Source: Klebsormidium nitens
Lineage: Eukaryota; Plantae; Klebsormidiophyceae
DNA: 64,000 bases
Direction: 5' to 3'
Assembly: GCA_000708835.1 (NCBI GenBank)
Contig: DF237235.1
Location: forward strand, 47,934 to 111,933
The position numbers and the translations under genes are program-made. Shown piece by piece: positions 24,142 to 37,100 of this stretch. The notes under the pieces were generated by a model. That model was given only the letters and a program-made list of their open reading frames with translations, was not told the DNA's origin and searched no databases. Position 1 is the stretch's first letter; each line of letters starts with the position of its first letter.

Positions 24142-27100
24142 TCAAGCTCCGCCTGCGCTTACGGCTTTGCCTGCTTCGTGCCCTTCGTCCACAGCGAGAC
24201 TATCTTTCAAGGTCTTTCGCAGCATTTCCACCCCCTCTGACCCTCTGCTCGCCTCCGCCACCTCCTCTTGAGATATATCATCAGCCTCCCGTCGAGCATC
24301 CGTCTTTTCATCACTCCCTACTCCATTCGCTTCGGCTTCACCTTCGCTCTCCCATTCGCTCGCGCTATCAGACGGATCGTCACCGTCGCTTGCGTTTTCT
24401 TCGTTTGCCCGTTTGCTTTCTGGAGCGTCTGCGCTTCTGCTTGTCGTAGCTGCCCTGCCCTTCGATTTCCGACTTACTGAAACCTCGTTCTCGTCATTAG
24501 ATTCTACTCCCGAGTTGCCCGAATCAGCGTCCGAGTCAACGTCCGACTCGACGTCCTCTTCTCCGGTCGGAGCATCGTCCGCCGGCCCCCTGTCCAGCTT
24601 CGCTGACCCCTTTTCCATCTGCAGCAAGCGAGCAATCGATCACGAGATCATGAACCGTCCAAGCAAAGAATGGCTGAATTGTTCGTGCGATAATCAACTT
24701 TTAGCGCGTTCTTTTATACAAAGACCGGTGTGATTAACCTAAACTGATTCAGCTCATCGTGCTGACTTCGTTAGATCGCTTTTGATCCGAGCGCAAATCT
24801 CTTCTCCTCTTCTAGTGCAGCAATTTTACCCGGTCGCACCGAGGATCTCGAAGGGCAGCACACCCTCTTGAAAATGTCATAAGATGGGTCCACTGCAACG
24901 AAAATCACGAAATATAGCGTGGCAGGGACGCTGTTGTACAAGCTAAAATTGTTCATCCGTCTCGTTTTTTCTGCATTGAACTCAAGAGAGACACATCCAA
25001 GAAGGAAAGCTTACTGCTCTGAGAAGCGTACGGCGGTCCCTCTCCCGCATCCCCGAAAGCGCCTGTCGCAAGAAACGCAACAAGAAACGTGAGATGTCAA
25101 AAAGGTGGTTGACAGTGAGGCCGGAGGATTGATTGCACACGGAATCATGTGAAATCTCCCTTCCGCATTCCTACGTTGTTTGGAAGCAGAAGAATTTATC
25201 AGAACAAAGTCTTTTGGAGAGCAAACCCAGGTCCCTTAATCCTATAGTTCGAAGCCCTTCAAACCCGATTCAAACACCCCCAACTGGATCTGGACAGGGC
25301 GGTGCCTTGAGAAGAGTTTTCAGAGGCTTACCTCTTCTAAATTCCTCCGCTCCGCCTCTTCTTGTTCTGCGCCTTTCCCAACAATATGGTTCACTTGCTT
25401 GCAGCACTTGCCGCAGGCTCCTTTAGCATTTGCGCATGCTGCAAGAACGAAGATGCTCTTGAGACCGGAGGCTCGAGCTATTCACAGACCAAGGGTCTGG
25501 GTAGTACATCCACAGTTGTACCTGTTTTGAAGTCTGCAGACGATTCCGACAATCTCGTGATAAGAGGGGCGGAAAGGCAGAACTGCCATAACGTCTGTTT
25601 AACGTCTGTTTAGCGAAGCAGGTCAGTGTCCATGTGTGGATCTCGAGAGCTATCAGCAATTACAAAAGACTGACAACTGCTTGATTGTCCAAACCGTCTT
25701 CTATTGTTGACCCCTTCGTGGCCACAGCTTTTATCATGCATGAAGCCTTTTCAATACAACCTTGATTCAACGCAACCTCGATTCATCACCACAGCTTTCA
25801 TCGAGCATAGAGCCATTTCAACGCAACCTTGATTCTGATTGAATATTCAGTCATCTGGCCCCGAAGGTCGAACCAGGGCGATGCATTAGCGACCAAGAGG
25901 GGCACCATCAACTTGCCTGAACATATTGCATGGTAAGCGCTCCGGACATTCCGTTTCTGGCACCAGTTGCACTTGGTGGGCGCACTTAACGGCTTGTATT
26001 TGCCATACCTGCAGGCAAGAAGGATACCCTAAGCCCTACGCATTCGTCTCACGCATTCCCTGACGTTCTGATCAAACACTTCTCCCATCAGCCGCAATCT
26101 CCTTTCAACTACTAAAAGCCTCCTCTCTGAGAGATATTAACAGTTTTGAAACCTATACGGGCTTCGGAGGGCTGAAGCCAGTTACAGAAAACACTGCAAT
26201 GCCAGGTGTCCCCTGGAGCGTGCCAAAGCATCAGAGAAAAATTGGCGCTCTTTGAGGTGGGCCTTACACCACTATCAAAAGGCTACAAGATTACCCACAA
26301 CCTTCTCTATACACGTCACGCGGTATTCTGGCCGGTGGCTACAACAAAAACATGCTGCTGAAGGAGCTTGACAATAATTTGGATACAGACAAAAAACTTC
26401 AATCCCGAGTAACTGTCAGAGCCCCGTCCAATAAACACCTCAACCTAATCTCAAAACTACTGGCTTTTTTGTGTTGCAGCTTGGCAACTTGTCTCCACCT
26501 TCAACACTTACAGCTACTCTCCTTCCCAAAAGCCACCACCGCAGGTGCGCGTCCCCTGAGCCAAAAAGCCCTGATTCCTTCAACTTGTCAGTCGCTTAGG
26601 TCCGTGTCCACTATTCTTGCTGGTGATTGCCAGTCCTAAACTGCACAAACCCTCTTGGGTTGTTCCCAATCAGACTCTTGGTCTTCTACTAAAATCGGCA
26701 ACTTCCAGAAGAACGAAGGGTCACCCTGCCGCTGATATGGGGCCCGAACAGAACTTCAAAGAGCGATACATTGAGAGAACTTACTTGCGTCTCCACTCTA
26801 GTTGCTCCTTACATCGCACACAAACTCCTGCGATGGGTGCAAAAGTCCTCCCATCACTGCCACCAGGTTCCTGCAAGGACAGATAATGCACAACTGAATT
26901 TTGATCGTGGGTGGTGCGAAGACCTGAAGACGCTAAAGCGGCTGGGGGCCAAGATCAGAATAACATTGCAGGACAAATGAATGGCAAAGGGCCTCTCAAA
27001 GGCTCAGACCAAAATGCTTACAGCACACCGCCAATGAGATAGACGCTAGTGAAGACAAACAATATCTCAATCCTCAAAGTAATATCATCAGATGCTGACT

Positions 27101-27584
27101 CAAAAGCAAACCCTAACCCTAATCCCTGATCTCTACTATGACTTTCATGCTTGATGCTGATGGACCACCATAGCGCTGAGCAGACATCAACTGGAACCTA
27201 TAAAAGTTTTCAGTAGCACTTTGAGTGGTTGTGCAGGTGGCATTTGCTACTTACACTTGGGTTTTTCTTCACGTCTTGAAAAGGTTTGTACGCGCGCCTG
27301 TCACAGCAAAAAAAATTCTGTGAGCATGGATGAAGCAATCAATTGATGAGAGCAACAGACAACGACTGAATGGCAGAACGCTGCTGGTCCACGGCACAGC
27401 ATTTGCGGAACAGACGCTCACACCATTACCATATGTCTCGTGAATGTAGACAACTCTCTAAGGTTATGTGGAGGAATTAAAATAGAAATGTCTATGAGAA
27501 GTGGTGGTGGTGGTGGAATTGTCTCTCTTACTTGTTCTGATGCTTTGGCGGTCCTTTCGGAGCACCACCCCGCTTGGTCGACAT
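24142..27584 (-). CDS. DUF2039 (C9orf85-homolog) Cys-rich protein with a long acidic C-terminal tail
   Basis: Exons 27584-27532, 27297-27255, 26870-26785, 26008-25917, 25438-25332, 25062-25015, 24618-24142 (301 aa). Motifs PPKHQNK, GVCVRCKEQLEWRRKYGKYKPL, KCNWCQKRNVRSAYHAICSACANAKGACGKCC, RERDRRTLLRAM. Intron 4 has a GC donor. Confidence 0.9.
25720..25836 (+). repeat. Imperfect ~66-bp tandem duplication in DUF2039 intron 4
   Basis: CCACAGCTTT..ATC...GCAT..AGCC.TTTCAA..CAACCTTGATTC twice, plus an extra CAACGCAACCTCGATTC unit. Confidence 0.7.
27108..27116 (+). promoter_or_regulatory. Telo-box AAACCCTAA in an early intron of the DUF2039 gene; also at 8338, 15311, 55726 and 63454
   Basis: Exact AAACCCTAA near the 5' ends of ANT, DnaJ/IFT54, DUF2039, CWC15 (intron 1) and Asterix (intron 1). 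Telo-boxes are known from plant translation and RNA-processing genes. Function here is inferred. Confidence 0.4.
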
Positions 27585-28363
27585 TCTGCTTTCAAACTGG
27601 GGGAATGATGCGCCTTGCCCAGCTCAGATACTAGTAGGTAGAACTCCAGGTGCAGAGAACAAGAAACCAACCAAGCAACAAGGCCTAAGAAGGAGAGGAC
27701 GGAGACGTATCGCGCAACACCTTCGCCAAGCTCTGCGCTCCCCTGAGGGCCAGGCTTCACAATCTGTGGCTGCTCCTTGAATTTTCTCCGGAAGTGAGTT
27801 GTTCAAGAATAAAGATTCGAAATTTGAGTTGTGATAAAATCAAAGTCTGGGATGCTGGACGAGTTTGAAGCCCACTTATCTGGTGTATCTGACCAAATAA
27901 AATCCGCTCATAACAATTTTACTGGCCTAGGATTCCGGTCCAATTCGTCAAACCCATATTACATCTCAAAAAAATTGAGTCTGGCCTCCGAAGTTTGATG
28001 TGCTGCTCACTGTCCGGATTTTTTGCCCCGATAGCAGAAAATGATGCTGCTTGGAGTCTGGGCTCATGAGGATCTGCGCGCAGGAAAGAGAGGAGGACAA
28101 CTTGAAACAAAAGCCTCAGGCTCAGGCCAAGACAAGCAGGCGGATTGTGTTTGGATCTGGAGGCAGACTCAGAATCAAACTACGAGAATCATACCGTAGT
28201 TGCAGGGACGGCTTGCTCAAGAAGTAGTCCGCCTACGACAATTGAGTCAAGTCCAGAAGGGGTGCGACGGTCTTGTGGAAGAGCGACATTGGGAAACCTC
28301 TTTTTCCATCTCGTAGCCGTTGATTTGGACTGAAGGTGGCCAGCACGTTGAAAGGCAGCAGCA

Positions 28364-31300
28364 ATGGGTTTAGACCTTGACAACTGGATTGATAAAGTAC
28401 GGAAGTGCGAGTACTTGCTCGAAGATGAACTCAAGCAGCTGTGCGAGTATGTAAGTGTACTTCTTTCGCTGAGGGCCAGTTCTCAGAGAGCTTTTCTCAG
28501 CTTCTGGAAGGATGCAAGGCCGGGTGTAGTATTTCAAATGTCCTTCCATATGCGATCGGACCATTGATTTGTCTTCCAAGATTAGGGTTAGCTTCACAAA
28601 TGTTGGGCACAATGTTATGGTTGCGTTACTGCTTGGTGAATTCGGAAGACAGTTGCACCTACGGCAGGTAATCTCGTTGAATATGCAGAGAGAGTTGTGG
28701 CATGCAGTTAAATCTCACAAAATACTCGACTGGCCACTTATTCCTTGTCAGGGGTACTGATTGCTGGGTTGTGATACAGGGTATCGAACTGGTCTATCTT
28801 TACTTCATACATCTATGTTCTACGCCACGGCTGTATGGCTGTGAAGATGTGCTATTGTAAAATTTATTGCAAGAAAGCGATCAAGTTTTTTGCGGCGGTG
28901 CACGTTTTGAACTCACTCCGGCACTTTCTACTGCTGAATTCAAGCCAGTATGTTAGATCTATGCTAGAGCACTGTCGTCTCTAAGTTTGCCCTTAGGCTG
29001 TGGCGATTGCGCATACACGGCGAGCAATTGGGAAGATTGTGGACTTAGCTTTGGTGTTCAGCTGGTCAATCAAGAAGCAGATTAAAGCTTAGAGTTACTT
29101 TTAATCACAATCGAGGATCTATTGGTTGCCCTCGCTTTCAACAAAAAGAAGCAGGATCTCCCCCCGAAACTACTCACTTTGTATTGACACCGCAACCACA
29201 ACCGTCCCACAGGTAAAAGAGATTCTTGTAGAAGAGTCCAACGTCCAGCCCGTAAACAGCCCCGTCACAGTGTGTGGAGACATCCACGGTCAGTTCCACG
29301 ACTTGATGAAGCTGTTTCAGACGGGGGGGCAGGTGCCGGACACAAACTACATCTTCATGGGGGATTTTGTCGACCGAGGGTACAACAGCCTCGAGACGTT
29401 TACCATCCTTATTCTCCTGAAAGCTCGGTAAGCCCGTACGCAAAGTTCATCATGACCCACGCCCTTGTGAAGCAGTTGACACTTCCCGCGAGTATCACAC
29501 CTGTTGCAACCATCATAGCACGGCCAGGCAAGGGCCTCACTGCCGAAGGATATAGAGAGTCTTCAATTTCAGTCGTGCTCTTCGATGAAACACGATGTGC
29601 AGTTTGTGATTACCCAGTTTCTCAGTCCATGATTATGAAAGCCGCTCGAAGTTAAGACGGTCAGTTTTCCAGAAGGCAGGAAAGGACCTCGTCGCTGAAG
29701 TTCTCTTGTCTTTTTATTTTTTGTTTTGTGCAAAGGGGATAGTTTCCTTCTCATATGCCGTTTCCAGCATCTATTTCCTTAGAGAAGCTCTATGACTTAT
29801 GCAGGTATCCAGCACACATGACCCTCTTACGAGGTAATCACGAAAGTAGACAGATCACACAGGTGGGTGTTCAACCCCTTTATTTGGCCCTCAGAGACAT
29901 GGCGCCTTTCTATTGGTGGTTACCTTGGATTGCATCAACTGCATACATGTTGCACACAAGGTTTCTGTCCGTTTGTTGCTTGATTCGCGCAAAGGTATTA
30001 GTGCAAGCTCCCTTGTGATGATGCCTCTCAATGTCTTGCTTTTATTCTTGTTCATGACGGATCCTGCTGACAAGCGGCCGCCTTCAACGGTTTTCGCCTT
30101 GCAACTAGTGGCGAACATGAGGTCGCGGGAGTTCCGTAATTATCGGTTTAATCGGCGCAGGTTTACGGGTTCTACGACGAGTGTCAACGAAAGTACGGAA
30201 ACGCAAATGCGTGGCGGTACTGTACGGACGTGTTTGACTACCTCACGTTGTCAGCGGTCATTGATGGAAAGGTGCACTCTCTGAATGCTTCTGCTTAAGG
30301 ACCGCGCATCTGCAAGAGTTTTCCATCTGCGAAAACGGATAGAGCCAGGAGGAGGCGATTACGGCAGTTGCAGTTGCTCAAGTTCGAAGCCTTTCTTTGA
30401 GGTGTAGCTTCCGTGCCTCGTTTGCATCTGCAAGTCTCACGTTGATCACGTCCAGTCTTCTTGTCTGCCCGAGTTACATTGTCTGAACGATATTGACTCT
30501 GTAAAAAATTGCATCCTTCGGTTGTGTTTTCTTCGCAAGTAAGCACATGTACAGTCACTTAGGAGATGTTGCTCGGACAGTTTTCCTTCAAGTGAGATGC
30601 AAGAGCTGCTTTGAGGTTGAGACTTCAACTACGGGCCTCTCTTTGCTTTCTCAACATTCTCGCTTCTGTTGCAGGTATTGTGTGTCCATGGGGGGCTCTC
30701 TCCGGATCTTCGAACCCTAGATCAAGTAAGTCATCCTCTTTGTTCCCTTCTCGTTCTCTGCCTTCGTCTGTGTCGCATTTTCTGCGCTTTTGCTGGGCTG
30801 CGAGGTGAAGGATTGTTTGACAGGGTATGTCAATGTCTTAGAGTTTGCAAAGAGTTTTGATAAATGCCCTGCCTGCCTGCTGAAGCTGAGACCGCTGTGC
30901 CGACAATCAATGCGACGGTTTGTCTGTAGGACGCCTTTTTCTTGACTGCGGTGTAACGAGGTGATCCTTTGGCTGGGTCTAATCTCGCGACCTTGTCCTG
31001 GGTGCAGATACGAACGATTGAGCGGCAGTGCGAGATCCCACACGAGGGGCCCTTCTGCGGTATGCCATCCAGTTATCTCCTTTCTGGTGTGCGGATTGAG
31101 GTCGACTGTGATTCCCGGTCCTTCGTGCTCCAATGCATCAATACAGACTTTGACGAAATTTAGTATGAACCTACGGGAACCATTTCCTATTCACTGTCAG
31201 TAGGAACAGCTTCATGATACAGACGCTACCCGAAAGTTCCTGCTGTGAGAGACCACTTAGCATCGGACAAGTCCGGTTGTTTTTCATCCGGCCAGTCAGG

Positions 31301-32960
31301 ACATACTGACGTGTTACTACGCACTTGCAGCAACCTTCTTCTTTAGTCTGACTCGCGCTTGTGCAAGCCACACTTCGGGATTGCTGTGGAAAGACTCGCG
31401 GGTTTATCTATACTCGTATTGAAAATGTCGAAGGCAATCCGTTCCGAGGGTTCGAGTATCTTGAGTTGTTCGGAACCGTCTCATCTTCTGCGGTCCGTTC
31501 ATGCGATGCAGATCTGATGTGGAGCGATCCAGAGGACATTGACACGTGGGCGGTGAGCCCTCGAGGGGCGGGCTGGTTGTTTGGCGGGCGGGTGACGTCA
31601 GAGGTGAGCTATTGCGATAACAGATACTTTTCAGCGTCAGTCAAGTCAAAGTTCTCTCGCTTTTGAGTCGCGCTTTGTTGCGGGCGCTTGAACATGCCCC
31701 CAGGTTTTGTTGCTGGCAAAGATTGGTAAATTATTCAGGTTGCGTGGTTCGTTTGCTGTTGTACCGCCGGAGTTTGAATTCCGCCTACCTACGTTGTTCG
31801 ATTTACAACGTCTGCGACTAATCGCTAAAAGCCTGATCCCCGCGTGGTATTTGGAGTTTCTGTGTTGCTTCGGGACTTCTTCAATGAACCGAGTTTGTCG
31901 TTGATTCAGCTGATTTTAACACTTCATCGACACCAGAATCAGCAAGATAGTCAGAATCTAATCCAATTTCTTACTCCTGGTGTCAACTGTGTGCAGTTCA
32001 ACCACATAAACGGGCTGGAGCTGGTGTGCCGGGCGCATCAGCTGGTGCAAGAGGGGTTGAAGTACATGTTCCAGGAGCGGTCGCTAGTCACAGTGAGCGC
32101 CAGCGGAGAACTGGTCACTAGACTCATTGACTTTAGGAAGGGTATGGTGAAAAGGTTTGTGACCAGTTTGGAGCGGGTATTGGTTAGTCAGAGGTTAAGA
32201 GTGGGTTCTATGTTGCAGAACCGTTGAGGTTCTGGGTCCGTATCCGCATCATCATTTGCAATCTAGTGCTCCTAGTCGGAATTCTTGTGCAATCAGCCGA
32301 ATTTGCCCAACTGGTCAAAGAGTGCGGTGCTGTGCGCTTGACGACTTTCCCTGGAGGCATGCAAGCATTTCAGCTTGAATGGAAGGAAGCCGGAGGAGAG
32401 ACCAGAAGAGATGAAGAAGCCGCTTTCTACTTTGAAGTGTCGACCATAGAGTATCTAGTGCACTTTTTTTTAGAAGATGAAGTCCTCGCTTGTTGCCCGT
32501 TGGACGTATAAAGACCTTCCCGCTTATGCGTGACTAACCATTCTTCATAACGAGCAGCTAACTTTTACTTCTGACGGCTTGCAGGTCTGGTCAGCGCCAA
32601 ATTATTGTTACCGGTGTGGCAACGTCGCTTCGATCCTAAGTTTCGACGAACACATGGTGAACCTCCAGCCTGCACTTTCAGCCGTTTCTGTTGTCGTTAA
32701 AAGGCGCTGAGGGTTTGGAATAGTGTTTATTTCGTTGTCTGCAGAGGGTTTTTGTTGTTTGACTCCAATTGCTCTCCCACGATCTTGCTCCGATGCCACG
32801 CCGAATTGGATGCTGCTCATATGTTCTCAAGCACTTGCACCAGTAGTTTCTAACGTGTTCGGGCTGACATCTACAGGAGCGTGACGTGAAGTTCTTCACG
32901 GAAACGGAGGAGAACAACTCGATGACGGCCCCGCGCGCTGCAGTACCTTATTTCTTGTAG
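28364..32960 (+). CDS. PPP6C: Serine/threonine protein phosphatase PP6 catalytic subunit (FyPP-like)
   Basis: 10 exons: 28364-28450, 29213-29427, 29805-29862, 30161-30271, 30675-30725, 31008-31059, 31512-31603, 31997-32092, 32585-32656, 32877-32960 (305 aa). Motifs [57 protein letters not shown]; ends VPYFL. Confidence 0.97.
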
Positions 32961-34169
32961 ATATCGACCTCATGCGAACAATTCACAATAACGGACGGGA
33001 TGCGTTCCTTGCCATGTTGCTATAAGAACCATTCATGTCAAGGTCGAATCATGTTGCAAGTTTAATTGTCGACGTCAAGGACCTTCGGCTGAACCTATTG
33101 ACTTGAGTATGTATTCAAGCCCGTGCCTGCTCACTACCGGCCCAATGTGTCAGCCATCATCATTGCAGTACATTATGCGCTCGCTAAGTGAATTGGGGCA
33201 TGTGCCGTTGACGTTTTGCAACCGCTCTGAGTTTTGCATCGCTTGAACATTTTGGCCATCTGGTTGCGATCCATGGCATGATCGAGTCCGTAACAGTGAT
33301 ATGCACTAGTGCCGGACTTTCCTTGCCAGCGCTTTCAAATAGTACCTTAAACGGAGTCGTCCAACATGCAAAGCTGCTAGCCTGGTTGTGCATGAGCTAG
33401 CTCAGCCACCCAAGCTGTACATACATTCGACATTATGCATCGAAGAGGAATATACGCTGGAATTCAGAATTATTTTGACAAATGGAGTACAATGTGCGTC
33501 TCAGTGCCGACCATGCATAACGCGTTAGTACCCACCATGTGCATAAATAGCGGCCGAACGAAAGCGATTCGACCGGAGCTGATCGATCGTTTCTGACCTC
33601 GGATCGACTTTCACGTCTGGAGGCTTCATCGAGCGTGCTGAACATGTATCGATCTTAAATGCCAAAATGTGCAGCTCAGTGCGTGCAGCTGCCCCCCTGC
33701 CAAAGCTTAACTGAAAGCTGGTCCACTGAGGTTCTTGAAGTGATCAGAAACTTACGAAATTGATCTTTTGACTTGGTAAGTTTTGCGGCTACTTTGAGCT
33801 TCTGATCACAGGGCCCTTCTTCTAACTGTTCTTTCGTTATCCGTATGCTTATCTGCGCCACAATCTATCGATCGGCTCACAACGACGTCGGACAGTCTTT
33901 GTGCAACGATGTGTCTTATTACGAGGAAAGCTATCACACGCTGTATTGGGAGAAGTGGTACAAACCAGGCTCAGGCTAGCAGCAATATCAAGGAATCCGC
34001 AAAGCAGGAATTCCCTCGGTAGATCATTTAGAAGTCCAATTCAGATTTTGACAGACAAAGCATCTAATGCAAGTATATGTAGGTACTGTTTATGCCCCAG
34101 TCTTTGGCTCACTGCCGAGTCCTGGCCTCCGAGCTTCGCCCAGTGGAAGAGACCGGGCGGAGCCGCTCG

Positions 34170-37100
34170 CTAAGACCTCCAGTTGGCTTGTTTCGGGGGA
34201 GGCACCGCCGAGGGCCCCTCCGTGAGGATCCTCTGCTTGACTAGCGCCTGTTCCTTTTCCTTCCGCTTCTGTAGATCGTCCTCAAGCCGCATCATGAACT
34301 CCCGCGCCTGCGATCGTCATCAGTTGCGTCAGGTTAACGGACTAATACACCGAGATCGAAGCCGCTGACCTCATCGTTGATAATGCAAGCATACAAAAGA
34401 GAACCTGACACGACCAACTGACCGCAAGCTTTAAGCATTGGAAAGCTCTGTGAGGATCCTTCTGAAGCTGACAATATACTTTGTAAGGGATGCGCATATT
34501 TGATATGAGTTTATTGAGCAGCCTTTGCGGTCTCCAGGTTGACCGCCATCGTGACTGAAAGTCAGAAACTGGATGCGCTTTGAGATCTTTATCATCATCT
34601 GATTCAGAGGGATAATTCCACCAAAGAAGCTCAATCCCTTCTAGGTAAATGAACCTTGATGAAAGCTTCGAGCCGTGTCTTTTTGAGGTGAGATCTGTTC
34701 TGCTGACGTCACGGTGACGACGGATCACTCACGTTGCCCGCCGACTTTGGCCGCCGCCGCAGCTCTGATAGTTTTTGCTCCAGCTTGAAGTCGCGCACCT
34801 CTTTGTCGAACTCCATCTTGCGGACAAACTGCTGGGCCTGCGTCCGGGTCCGAAAGCGGGTTAAGCAAACCATATCCATTCCTTCTTAGGTGAACAACTT
34901 CAGAGAGCGTGCTCTTGGTTCGTCTAGAAAGGCAAAGGACTGTCGACACTGGTAGGTCGTCAAAGTATGGTTGGAAGATGCTTTATTGAGTTTGCAAACT
35001 CAGGGTTGCACTGGGCTGGATGGTGTTTCAAACTTGATCGGCACCAAAGGAAAGCGGTCAAGAAACGCAGCGAGCTTGTCAAATTTTCTGGGCAGAACTA
35101 AAAGACCCGTCAGAGGCACCTCCTGTGTACTTCGAATCCTCGAATGATTCCTTTTCTATCAACGCGACGAAACAGGACGGGCTGGTACGTACCCGGAATG
35201 CCCGGTAAACGGCCATCACTTTCTTCTCCCCCCGCGCTTGCTGCAGCCGCTTGATCTATGGAGCGGACAGAAAAGCGTCACTAATACGCGACGGAAGGCC
35301 CGAGGCAGTCCGACAAAAAGCACTTTCCTTTCTAGCGGGAACGATTCAGAACGTATGGTCGACACTTTCTCGAGCGAGTATTCGCTGAAAGAACGTCGAG
35401 AACCTCTTTGGCGCAGCGAATGCGCTAGCTTGCTAACCTTGACGCATAGAACACTCATCGAGGCGCCAAGTCCTTGTTCAACCGAGCACTTATTGATCAG
35501 GATAAAACCTCGAGCGAAGCATTGTTACAGTAATTCAGAACACAGGCAAAATGCCTTTGTTTCGAGAGACTGCCATCGTGACGTGCTACTGCTAAGAATG
35601 GGCGCTCTCACCTCATCTGCCTTCAGTCTGGAAATCATCCACAGGGTCTCTTGCATGATGGGCACCTGCAAAATTCCAAGGTTTCAGAGGTCTAGGATCC
35701 GACGAAGAATGTTTTCTGCAGAATCCAGAACCATCGAACAATCGTGCCTTCATACTTAGGGGCCGGTTCTGGTGGAATGGATCCGAGCCGCTTGCTTTCT
35801 GGGGAGACAGTCGTTTTGGGTTGGTTATGAATTTGAAATGGAAAAGGAATACACGTTCCATTTTTGTCACAAGGTTTCGTGGGCAGCAGATTTTGACAGC
35901 CACTGCAGCAATTACACGCAACAGATTCCTGCCTTTCCCGCCGCTTCTTGATTGACTCTTCATTTCGCCCACTTCTGACATAATTTAGCCGTCACTCGAA
36001 GTCAATCCTATCCAATGCTTCTTCGTGTTTCTCACCTTCCCTTCCCCTCCCCCCTTCTCCTCCCGCGCTCTCCCCGCCGTTTGGGGCCTCGCCGCAGGGG
36101 ACTGGTTCCCTCTGCCGTTCGAGGCCCCGTACTGACCGACGCTGCTCGAAGCGCGCGCTTCCATCGGCTCGCCTTCGAAGAGAACGAGGCCTAACCCCCG
36201 GCGGATCTCGTTTTGTTGCACGATCGCGTATTTCGCCAGGTTCTGCTTTTGGGTCAACGCTTGCTCCAGGAGGGAGTCGAGCAGGGAGTTGGACGCGGAG
36301 TCCGGCTCCTCTGTTGCCTGCGGTAGAACGGAAACGGAATCTTGATCAACGGGAGACCGGAAGCGGAAGGGTGATTGAGATCCGAGGCAGTCGAAGGTTG
36401 CGCGGGTCTTGGTAGAATTTCAAATGGCTATCCTCTTCTTGGGTAACATTTACGGCTCGTCAAACTCTACGTTTTTATTTTGCTTGTTAATCCAGTTGAA
36501 ACCTGGAGGAGTCAGCGCTCCTTCCCTAAGTGTTCCACTGTTCCTTTCCAATCGATCCACCCTTGCTTGTCCGCCTCATGCGGCTCACATGAGAGATTCT
36601 ATTCCGCTTACCTCGTCGGGCTTCGCACCCGCCGCGGGGTTTCCGCTTCCGTTTCCGCTTCCGCTCCCGCTCCCGGCGGGCGGCATCTCCCACGCGGGCC
36701 ACAGCTCCTTAAAGTGCGCGGCCGCCGCGCGCCGGTCGTCCTGCTCGCGCTGGTCGCGCGTTTTCCCGTTGCGCGAGATGGTGTCGATCATCTCCAGGTG
36801 CGCGCGGTACTCGCGCAGACTTGCGTCGCGCCGGCGCTGGTCGTTCTCCAGCCGGCTCATGAACTCGTTGCCGCGCAAGTACTGCGCGCGGGCGGGAATT
36901 TAGCCTTATGCTTCTCGAGGGTTACAATGCTGAGCGGAAAGCATGAACGTGCAAGTTAATGGAAAAATGGGCTCAAATACAATAGCGATGCCCATTCAAA
37001 CTTCCAAAAGCTTGTCTGATCGAACTTTGTTCCCTTCGCCCTCAGTCATATAATCCTTTACAGAAAGCCGGAGTCTGGCACTGCTTTCTGTAATCCGAGC

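Noticed and set aside
25362-25613. + strand 83-aa Cys-containing ORF
   Set aside because: It is antisense to DUF2039 exon 5.
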